Source: a virus. Taken from it: 64,000 bases of DNA. The stretch is from positions 34,516 through 98,515 of the IMG/VR virus record IMGVR_UViG_3300050821_004383; one strand, written 5' to 3'. Below, piece after piece: positions 48,275 through 56,768 of the stretch. Each line of letters opens with the position of its first letter. Within the stretch, counting starts at the first letter, position 1. The notes beneath the pieces are model-generated. The model saw only the letters and a program-made list of their open reading frames with translations. It was not told the DNA's origin and ran no database searches. Both the position numbers and the translations under genes were made by a program.

Positions 48275-49813
48275 ATGACGGAAAATTTTGTGGACGATAA
48301 CTACGTGAGCGACCCGAACAGTCCAATCTTCATGATTGACTTCTACAAGTTCGGGCACGTGGACCAGTACCCGAAGGGCATCAAAAGAATCTGGGTGAAC
48401 TTCACTCCCCGTTCGACGCGCGTGGAAGGCGAGAAGGGTGTCATCTTTTTCGGGTTGCAACGGTTCATCAAGAAGGTCTTAATTGACCAGTTCAACGAGA
48501 ACTTCTTCGAGCGTCCTTGGTTTATGGTGGAGCAAGACTATAAACTCGTGATGAAGAAGACTCTCGGCGTGGACGCTCGCACAGACCACATCGAACAGTT
48601 GCACGACCACGGCAAGCTGCCGCTCGATATTTACGCGCTACCGGAAGGCACCTACGTTCCGCTCGGAGTCCCCGCGATGGTCATCGTGAACAACCAGGAT
48701 TGGGCGTTCTGGCTCCCGAATTACATTGAGACCATGTGCTCCAACAATCTCTGGCACGCGTGCACCTCCGCGAGCACCGCGCACCGTTACCGCCGTCTCT
48801 TCATTCAAAAGGCAATCGAGGCCGGGGAGACCGACCTCAGCTTCATCGATTGGCAGGGTCACGACTTTTCCTACCGTGGGCTGTCCGGCTACGAATCGGC
48901 GGCGCTCTCAGGCATGGGGCATCTGCTCTCGTTCTCCGGTACCGACACGCTCCCAGCGATTCTGGAAACGAACCACTATTACGACGCGGACCTTTCGGTC
49001 GGCGGCTCCGTTCCCGCGACGGAGCACAGCGTTATGTGCGCCGGGTCTAAGGAGTCGGAACAGGAGACGTTCCGCCGCCTGATTGAGGACGTTTACCCCA
49101 CCGGGGTCGTTAGCATCGTTTCCGATACCTGGGACCTTTGGAAGGTGCTGACGGAGATTATCCCCAACTTGAAGGATAAGATTCTCGCCCGTCAACCCGC
49201 TGGCTATCTGCCCGCGAAGGTTGTCATCCGCCCTGACTCCGGAGACCCGGTCAAGATTCTTACGGGCGACGATACAGCGGAGCGCTTCACCCCCGCGTGG
49301 TACGGCGCACTTTTGCTTCTTGCGAGGGCCTTGGGTACCGACGAGGATGGCACCGGAAAATTGAACCGTCACATAACAAAGGGCGGACTCATTTACGGTG
49401 ACAGCATCACGGTAGACCGCGCGGAACAAATTCTGACTCGCGCTATCCGCCTCGGTTACTCGCCGTATAACTTCGTCTTCGGTATCGGGTCTTACACGTA
49501 TCAGTATGTGACCCGCGACACTTACAACTTTGCATTCAAAGCGACCGCAATCGAAACAGAGAACGGCGTGCAGGCTATTTTCAAAGAGCCTGTCACCGCT
49601 GGTGAGTTCAGTAAGAAGTCGCACCGTGGAATCCCTGCCGTTATGACTGAATCAGATGGAACATTCGCGGTACTACAAACGGAGGACCCGCGTTGGCTCG
49701 ACCATCCGGACTCCGCGTTCCGCAAGGTCTTCAATGGCTCACTCCAGGTGGATGAACCGTTCGGAGTGATTCGAGACCGAGTCCGTGCGCGTGACTTCAA
49801 GGACACGCTTTGA
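48275..49813 (+). CDS. nicotinamide phosphoribosyltransferase-like protein (NARP1 Namat-like)
   Basis: DFYKFGH..QYP, HDFSYRG, PATEHSVM, SIVSDTWD, IRPDSGDP, IYGDSIT, FGIGS. Confidence 0.92.
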   Translation: MTENFVDDNYVSDPNSPIFMIDFYKFGHVDQYPKGIKRIWVNFTPRSTRVEGEKGVIFFGLQRFIKKVLIDQFNENFFERPWFMVEQDYKLVMKKTLGVDARTDHIEQLHDHGKLPLDIYALPEGTYVPLGVPAMVIVNNQDWAFWLPNYIETMCSNNLWHACTSASTAHRYRRLFIQKAIEAGETDLSFIDWQGHDFSYRGLSGYESAALSGMGHLLSFSGTDTLPAILETNHYYDADLSVGGSVPATEHSVMCAGSKESEQETFRRLIEDVYPTGVVSIVSDTWDLWKVLTEIIPNLKDKILARQPAGYLPAKVVIRPDSGDPVKILTGDDTAERFTPAWYGALLLLARALGTDEDGTGKLNRHITKGGLIYGDSITVDRAEQILTRAIRLGYSPYNFVFGIGSYTYQYVTRDTYNFAFKATAIETENGVQAIFKEPVTAGEFSKKSHRGIPAVMTESDGTFAVLQTEDPRWLDHPDSAFRKVFNGSLQVDEPFGVIRDRVRARDFKDTL

Positions 49814-51534
49814 TGCCGGGTCCCGGGATTCCGGAAATCAAGTGGGGAACATTCTTCGACCCGGGCGGTACGCCCCACGTCGCTCCCGCTATCGAGGGGT
49901 ACTTGATGAAGGGGCACAGACTGGCGCTCGGGTGCAACTGCGGTCCCCGGTTGGAAAAGGGGCCGGACAACATCATCGTAGTTCACTATATTGTTCACTA
50001 AGGTGCAGTTTAACCAAGTATTAATTGGCGGTCAGGAGGAAACACTATGTTGAGTATTAAATGCACAGTTCATCCGAAATACCAAGCTAAACGTGTACCA
50101 CGTTCTTCGTGTAACGGGTGCCAGTTGTTGTGGACGCTTCGTTATCAGCACACCAAAGAAGCCAATGACAAGCTTGGCGGTCTTAATCCGTATCAATTTT
50201 TCGACGCGGAACAAGGCGCAGAACTCTTACGTGCAATTTAAGGAGCCGTTAATCCCCGCTATTTAATGGAGGAAAGTATGAAAACGATAGAAGTGAGCGA
50301 CACAGACTATCAAACCCTGGAATGGCTCGGCAGCGATAAGTGGATGTCCATTAAAGGGGAGCCTCCTCTGCCGGTCGAGAAAGTTTTGCACCGCATCATC
50401 GAAACAGAATATGACCGCGCCAATCCTCCGAGATATAGGAGCATTCAGGAACGTGGTGATTAAAGCCAACCAAGTCGAGACCTGGGACGGCATCGACTCG
50501 AAGTACTGGAAAACTTTTATGCGAACGAGCCACGAAGTCCGGTGCGGTTGCGGAGAACCTCTTTGGAAGCACGGGCAGCCGTTGAAGGAATTGTGCCCAA
50601 CGATGATTCAAGACTGTGAAGGAAGGTGGTGGAAGACATGAAGAGATTATGTGTGTTTTATTATAAGGCCGATGCTTGGTTTGGAAAGAAAATTGAGTGG
50701 ATAGTCTGTAAAGAGTGTCAAAGGAAGTTAAAACGCGGCTACACGTACGAAAACAGACTTCTTACTTTGAACAAACCAAAAGCCCCATTTCCGCATTCAT
50801 GGAATGACTACAATTTCAAAGGCGCAAATTAATAGGTACTTAAATGGCATGCATCACAGTTAAAGGCAAACAGTTTCGTCACCAGTTCGTCTACGACGGG
50901 GTGGGAGACGGCGTGCACTGCATCTTCTGCCGGGTTCAGTACCCTAGTCGAGTGGAAGCGGAGAAGCAGTTCGAGGCAGAAAGTCGGTGGAGAGAAGTGA
51001 GCGAGTCAATCAGATGGCCGGAAGTTTAGGAGGAAACATGGAAAACACAGAGATATACCCGAAGACTCTGTACGTGAGAGAAGACAATTTATATCCCTAT
51101 ACAGGGGTGAAATTTCTCATTGGTAGAAAGGACCTGGAAGCTACCGTTCGGGATAATAACGAAGAGAACGTGGTTGCCGTCTACCAGTTGGTCAGCGTCA
51201 ACAAGTACAAGAAGACGGTGACCAAAACTTCCGTGGTGGAGCAGGTAGGATGAGAGCAACCATCGTTAAGAGAAGCGAGAAGGAGCACGCCTTGATGCTA
51301 GGCGACCACGAGTTGGGAGTCTCGAAGACCGACTTCGATGCGCGGTTTCACATGCACGCAATCAACGACGCGCTCGATGTCGCGGCAGGAATGGAACGGG
51401 AACGTATTACATATTTGAAGAATAATTTTCCGGCTTGTACAGAATGTTTCAGTACCAGCGTGGTCCACGAAAAGACCTGTTCTTGGTATCACCCAGGTGA
51501 TGAACGAGTGGAAGCCGAACTGAACAAATAGAAA

Positions 51535-51556
51535 ACCCCCGGGGAAACCCGGGGGT
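51535..51556. terminator. hairpin at the convergence of the rightward and leftward arms
   Basis: ACCCCCGGG-GAAA-CCCGGGGGT preceded by an A-run (U-tail on the - strand). Confidence 0.8.
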
Positions 51557-51576
51557 GATTTGCTACCTTGCGACGA

Positions 51577-51762
51577 TTACTTCTTGTTCTTTTTCTTCGG
51601 TTCCGGTGTTACCGCTGGGGTCCTTCCGAGGAACTTATCCAGGTCAAAATCCTGAGTCGCTTCGTTGTACTTCTCTTCCGAGACGCCACTGGCATTGCGG
51701 AACTGAACTCGAACCGCGCCGCGTGCTAGCTGGTCTCCACCGCCGTTAACTGTTGCTCCCAT
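51577..51762 (-). CDS. hypothetical protein, last gene of the virion operon
   Basis: AAGGAG RBS before MGATVNGGG. Confidence 0.55.
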   Translation of the reverse strand: MGATVNGGGDQLARGAVRVQFRNASGVSEEKYNEATQDFDLDKFLGRTPAVTPEPKKKNKK

Positions 51763-51919
51763 CGTTGGCTCCTTTTTCTTGAAGTTGTGGAGGGAGTTGG
51801 GACTCTTCTTCCGCAGAGAGAACCGCAGGCGGCTGCCCCAGGTATGCAAAATCGAGGTAGTTTTTCCTGGTAGGTTCGACGCCTAACTGCTTCATCTTCG
51901 ATAGAACGATGTCTTCCAT
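51746..51919 (-). CDS. 57-aa protein coupled to the large multi-domain gene (not in ORF track)
   Basis: GGAGG RBS and TAATG overlap; MEDIVLSKMKQLGVEPTRKNYLDFAYLGQPPAVLSAEEESQLPPQLQEKGANDGSNS. Confidence 0.6.
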   Translation of the reverse strand: MEDIVLSKMKQLGVEPTRKNYLDFAYLGQPPAVLSAEEESQLPPQLQEKGANDGSNS

Positions 51920-54900
51920 TACTGCCCTCCTAATCCGCTCATGATACCACTGTACTTCATTTCCGCTTGTTTGTCAAGAGGTTTCTTGGTCTTTGTTTCG
52001 GCCTTCGTCTTGACCGCCGCTCTCGTGTCCGCGACCTGCTTTTGAGCATCTTCTGATAACTTCAAGATTTGCTGGCGGGTAGCGTCCAAATTCTGCTTAC
52101 CATCCGAGTACTTCTTCCAAATATCCTTCACGACCTTTTCGTTCGCGGGTGACTTCCACTCGGATGGGAATATGTTACGAACGTGCTCCCACACGACCGA
52201 CTGTAGCTCTCTAGGCTTGATGCCCAAGTCCTTGGCGGCTTGGCGGTACGCTTCCGCGTACAACGGATATGTGCCCTTCACTCCGGTCCCGGTGTGCTTC
52301 CCCGCCTTCCCGAAGTTGTCCAAGACTTCCTCAGCGGTGCCGCCCAATGGCTGTAACAACGCCGCAGCGACCGCGTGGGTGTCAATCGTTACGTCCTGGT
52401 CGTTGGTCGGGTCAATGATGTTGTTGTAGAAGTTTCTAACCTTGTGCATCCCGCCCAGCTTGTCCGAGATGTTCTCTCTGCTGCCGTCATCCAAAATAGA
52501 CAATGCGTTAGAAATTTGGGGTAGACTCCCCCAAGCAATCTTGGACGGGCTTCCATCAGCATTGGTGCGCAGCCCGGTGCTCTCTCCCGTTCCCGGGTCT
52601 ATGCTCTCGAAGCTGCGAGGGTTGTGAGCCTCGTCGCGGAGACGGACCCAGGCCGCGCGGTCGTACGGGTCGGTAAGTTCAGACAACTTCTTGCCTTCCA
52701 GATTCTTAATTGCCTTCCCCAAGTCTTCGTTCGCGCCCGTCTTCTTCACGATATCGAGACCCTTTTGAATCATTTCCGGGGTCGTTACCGTGTCTTGGTG
52801 GTTCTTGTAGATGTCGGTGATGCGGCGAGCCAGCGACACGTTCATGTCCCAGTCCTTTTGAGGAGACTGAGTCGCGATGGTGCCAGCCGCTTGCGGCTCC
52901 GTAATCCCGTGCTGGTCCGATATTCCCTTCGACAGCTTGTTCGCGGACTCGTACCACTTAGCGTTCGCAACCTGCTTTTCCGGAGCAACTTGGTTGTAGA
53001 GGAACTTCAAGTTGTCTTTCGCGTGGTCCACGAAGCGAGACAGAACCTTGGTCGGGTCCTTAACACTTCCTGAGATTTTAACTCCCGGGTAGTTGCGGAC
53101 GGTGTCGGCAAACTTCTGTTGCAGCTTGTCTGGCGTCTGCTTAAGCGAATCCATTCCTACGGTTAAAGGCTCGCCTTCCAAAGCGTTCTCGGTAGCGTTC
53201 TTCCCCTCCGGAACGCGGGTTGATACGCGGTCCTTCGCGATGTTGCTCTGCTCTATTTGAGGAGCTTCCCCGGTGCCGCCCGTCGGAATTGTTTCTCCAC
53301 TTCCAAGATGGTAGATAGCCTTCTGGTTCGCGGCCTTGCCCGCAGCGATGGCTTCGTCGTGGTCGTCTATCGTTCTGCTGATGTCAAGGGTCGTTTTTCC
53401 GGTGTCTGGGTCCTTCCAGGTGCCGACCGCGTGTCCCGGCTGCGACAACACATCAACGTTGTCTTTCTTAAACTTGTCCAGAACTTCCGGAGTCAACTTA
53501 TCAACTTGCAAAGTACGCTCCGGGTAAGAGCCGACCGCATGCAAGTTCTCCCCAGCGAGGTTCTTGCCTTCCGGCGTGAACGTAGAGCCGCCCTCTGCTT
53601 CATGCGCAGCGATTTGAGGCTCCGCAGTCTTGCTTATTCCGCTTCGCTCTCGCTTTCCTGCTGCGCCTTCATCAGCTTCTCGTACTTCTTTGGATGAAAC
53701 TCTTCCAGCAGCCCCATCTTGTTCTTTTCCTTGTCTTCCGGACTTAGAGGATTTTCTTTCAGATAATCCTGCATCGGAATCCCCTTCATGAACTCCTGGG
53801 GTGGTTGGTGTTTCACTGCCATTGTAGACTCCTTGTAGTTTCTTAACATATTCTGCCAAACGTCCCGGACTCATGTGATAATTTACGTGCAGACCTTCCT
53901 CACGTAGAGGAATGTTCGCTTGCACGAGAGCCAGTGCTTCCGGGTTCGATACGTGCCCCTTAGCTCTTTCATACAGCGCATCAAAGACCTTATCCAGGTC
54001 CTTGCCGCTCAATCCGCCTTCTTCTCTAAGAATCTGGCGGGCGCGAGCGATGTCGGTACGCGCTCCCGTATTCTGATTCATAGGAATGTCGTTGTGAACT
54101 TCATCAAATGCGGGACCACCCAGGATTCCAACCACGCGTTGAGCCAGACCCTTCGGTCCCTCTTCCGCGTCGGAAACATCTGTTTGTACCGCAGCCGCAG
54201 CGCCTGTTTCTATCGCGTCCGGGTGGTGCTCCGAGATGAAGTTAATCGGATTCAAACCCTCCGCGACGTTCGCCATGATGTGGCCGTGCTCGTGCTCATG
54301 ACCCTGCTTCGAGGTTCGGCCTTCCACGCCGCCGATATCCATCGGAGACTGGGTTGCCTTCATTACCGGGCTGTGAGCTATTCTCTCGTCTGCGAGAACG
54401 TCGGCGTCCTTCTTCTCTTCTTCTACCTTGGTTTCCGCAGCGTGCTTCTCTTGAATCTTCTGAACTTCTTTCTGCCACTTCTCACGCGCGGCCTTGTTCT
54501 GGTCGTACGCCTTTTTAACCGCTTCGGTAATTTGAATCTTGCGGTTTGCTTGAGAGTCATTCAACTGTTGTAGAAGCGCTCTATCGCCCTCTGTTCTCTT
54601 ATCAACCGGAGTTTTGTCAAGATACTCTTGGAACTTCGACAATAGATTATCGAAGTTGCTTCTCTCTACGGTCGTGCCAGCGAGAGACGCTAGCGCAGAG
54701 TGTAGCATGTGGTCCGGTGGAGGCATTTGTGGCGGAATAGGCGCAGGCGGCGGAGGAATGTCCGGACCAGCCGGACCTTGTGGGTACGGAACGTCTATAG
54801 CCTGGGACGGTGGAACTGACGGGCCTCCCGGTGTTGCAAGAGGACGGTCCCCGGCGAACGAGCGGGCCATAAGTTCGTTGCGTGTCATATCAGAAGGAAG

Positions 54901-56766
54901 GATGGCTCTGCTGATGCCTTCCCCGGCTACGGTGCCAGCAGCGCCGCCGATAATCGCGCCCGGTACGCCGCCGATAGATGCTCCCAAACCAGTACCGATT
55001 GCGGTGCTTCCCGCTCTCGCTACTTGCGCGGCAACCTTGCGAACTGGTCCTACGTCCGCGCTCCCGCGCACGGTCTTCTCCGCGTTGAATATCTGGCGGT
55101 CTAAAGCCTTACGTACGCGGATGTGGGCAGCTTCGTCGCGTGCCCAATCGTACGCTTCCGGTACGCCCGCTTCTTGTAGAGAGCCGTAGATGCCCTTGCG
55201 CAAGCTGTCGATTACCGCCTCGCGAGCCGCGTATTCCGGGCTGCTTTCGCGCAGGCTGGCAGCGTCCCACGGATTCTTTTCCATCAAACGGTTCTTCGCA
55301 ACCAGGGTCTTGCGGATTGCGTCCGCTTCCTTGTTGGTCAAGTCCTTGAAGTTGTGTTCATCAAGAACCTTCATACCCTCGTTTTGGAATCCCGGGGTGG
55401 TCTGGTCCTTCTCTGCTAGCGCGTTTGCAACGTCCTCGAACACGTTGGTGGTGATTGGCTTGTCGCCGTGCTTCTGAACCGCGCCCCCACGCTTAGCTTC
55501 GATTGCTTGACGCCCGTCTTCCACGATGTCGCGAGCGGTCTCGATGCCTGAAATGCCTTCTCCGCCTGCTAACTTGTCGGCCTTGTGATTCTCTTCCGCT
55601 GTGCGGCGAACAATCTCGTAATCGTTATCGTCGTACGGCGCAGCCTTCGATGGGGGTGCAGCCGTCTTGAAATCTTCCTTGGCGGCGTTTGCTGCATCGC
55701 TCACCGCTGGCTTCAACTTTTCCTTGAATGCGTCGAATGCGGCTTTCGCGCCCTTTCCAAGTTCATGACCCTTGTCGGTGAAAACGCGACTCGGGGTCGC
55801 AGACTCTTCTCCGGAGATTCTGCCGTGGACGTGCTCCGCAGCTTTCAATAAAGCGATGTCTGCTAGACCGCCTGATACGTCGCCGTTCTCGAACTTTTCC
55901 GAGATGCCGTTAACAAGAGGACCTAGCATCGGAATCTTCGACATCATCTTATCCGCTGCGCCTGATACTGATTGTGATAGAGCAATCGCGTGACCTAGAG
56001 GTAGAGAGATGCCCATCCCCAAAGGTCCGATAGGAACTGATACGCTCCAATCGTTGCGCTTATCCCACAACTCACGAGCAGTTTCTAGTTCCTTGTTTGC
56101 TTTTGCATCGAGTTCGTCTGCTGGTGCGTCAATCAATCGATGAAGCGCAAGCTGTGTGCGAGACGGTGTTGGAGTCTTCTTGTCGTACGTATTGGTTGCT
56201 GCGTCCAAGTATTGACCTGGGACCGCAGGCAAGGTGCTGGCTGCTGGCATCCCCTGTCCGGCACGCATCTGATTCATCTTCTGTTGAATCGCTAGTTTTT
56301 CTTGTTCTGTCGCCGGGTCTTGGAACGCGTGATAAAGTGCGTTCGGGAAACTCAAGAACGTGTGAAGAGAGTGAGCTACGCCCTTGTTCTCTTCTCCCTC
56401 AATCGGCTTCGCGAAGAAATACGGAGCAAGCGCTGCACCGGGAGATAGTTGAGCTAGCTTTTCCGCAGTTGTCGGCGGCGCAACAGGCTTGAATCCGAAA
56501 TCGAATCCAGACGACTGCTCCGCAGCTTGTGCGGGTTGCGCAGCGTGCGTTTCCGCAGGCTGTGGCTTGAAGCCGAAGTCAAACGCGGGTCCCGTTGGCT
56601 CGGGAGCGGTCTGCTTCGGTTGTCCGTTTTCATCGACACCACCGAGAACCTTGCCTGCTACGTCGAAGGCTTGTCCGTTCTCGATTTTTGATGTGCCCGG
56701 ATACGGCGGCTTATCAAGCTGCTGCGGCCCCTGGTCCTGTTCTTCCACTGTGTTTGGCTCAGCCAT
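51919..56766 (-). CDS. large multi-domain (polyvalent) internal virion/ejection protein
   Basis: 1615 aa after the ejection genes; Gly-rich TM-like segment; HEHGH zincin; GTW..LDIS..QKAIY domain; C-terminal SPQ/KVRNFY/VTIDTH/ELQSVVW domain. Confidence 0.8.
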   Translation of the reverse strand: MAEPNTVEEQDQGPQQLDKPPYPGTSKIENGQAFDVAGKVLGGVDENGQPKQTAPEPTGPAFDFGFKPQPAETHAAQPAQAAEQSSGFDFGFKPVAPPTTAEKLAQLSPGAALAPYFFAKPIEGEENKGVAHSLHTFLSFPNALYHAFQDPATEQEKLAIQQKMNQMRAGQGMPAASTLPAVPGQYLDAATNTYDKKTPTPSRTQLALHRLIDAPADELDAKANKELETARELWDKRNDWSVSVPIGPLGMGISLPLGHAIALSQSVSGAADKMMSKIPMLGPLVNGISEKFENGDVSGGLADIALLKAAEHVHGRISGEESATPSRVFTDKGHELGKGAKAAFDAFKEKLKPAVSDAANAAKEDFKTAAPPSKAAPYDDNDYEIVRRTAEENHKADKLAGGEGISGIETARDIVEDGRQAIEAKRGGAVQKHGDKPITTNVFEDVANALAEKDQTTPGFQNEGMKVLDEHNFKDLTNKEADAIRKTLVAKNRLMEKNPWDAASLRESSPEYAAREAVIDSLRKGIYGSLQEAGVPEAYDWARDEAAHIRVRKALDRQIFNAEKTVRGSADVGPVRKVAAQVARAGSTAIGTGLGASIGGVPGAIIGGAAGTVAGEGISRAILPSDMTRNELMARSFAGDRPLATPGGPSVPPSQAIDVPYPQGPAGPDIPPPPAPIPPQMPPPDHMLHSALASLAGTTVERSNFDNLLSKFQEYLDKTPVDKRTEGDRALLQQLNDSQANRKIQITEAVKKAYDQNKAAREKWQKEVQKIQEKHAAETKVEEEKKDADVLADERIAHSPVMKATQSPMDIGGVEGRTSKQGHEHEHGHIMANVAEGLNPINFISEHHPDAIETGAAAAVQTDVSDAEEGPKGLAQRVVGILGGPAFDEVHNDIPMNQNTGARTDIARARQILREEGGLSGKDLDKVFDALYERAKGHVSNPEALALVQANIPLREEGLHVNYHMSPGRLAEYVKKLQGVYNGSETPTTPGVHEGDSDAGLSERKSSKSGRQGKEQDGAAGRVSSKEVREADEGAAGKRERSGISKTAEPQIAAHEAEGGSTFTPEGKNLAGENLHAVGSYPERTLQVDKLTPEVLDKFKKDNVDVLSQPGHAVGTWKDPDTGKTTLDISRTIDDHDEAIAAGKAANQKAIYHLGSGETIPTGGTGEAPQIEQSNIAKDRVSTRVPEGKNATENALEGEPLTVGMDSLKQTPDKLQQKFADTVRNYPGVKISGSVKDPTKVLSRFVDHAKDNLKFLYNQVAPEKQVANAKWYESANKLSKGISDQHGITEPQAAGTIATQSPQKDWDMNVSLARRITDIYKNHQDTVTTPEMIQKGLDIVKKTGANEDLGKAIKNLEGKKLSELTDPYDRAAWVRLRDEAHNPRSFESIDPGTGESTGLRTNADGSPSKIAWGSLPQISNALSILDDGSRENISDKLGGMHKVRNFYNNIIDPTNDQDVTIDTHAVAAALLQPLGGTAEEVLDNFGKAGKHTGTGVKGTYPLYAEAYRQAAKDLGIKPRELQSVVWEHVRNIFPSEWKSPANEKVVKDIWKKYSDGKQNLDATRQQILKLSEDAQKQVADTRAAVKTKAETKTKKPLDKQAEMKYSGIMSGLGGQ
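53634..53822 (-). CDS. 62-aa gene nested out of frame inside the large multi-domain gene
   Basis: AAGGAG-6 nt-ATG; MAVKHQPPQEFMKGIPMQDYLKENPLSPEDKEKNKMGLLEEFHPKKYEKLMKAQQESESEAE; the host frame here is a G/S/R/E/K-rich linker. Confidence 0.6.
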   Translation of the reverse strand: MAVKHQPPQEFMKGIPMQDYLKENPLSPEDKEKNKMGLLEEFHPKKYEKLMKAQQESESEAE

Positions 56767-56768
56767 GA

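Noticed and set aside
15159-49624. Long antisense ORFs such as 15159..16076, 45406..46065 and 48908..49624
   Set aside because: Shadows of well-supported plus-strand genes caused by codon bias, with no motifs or RBS.
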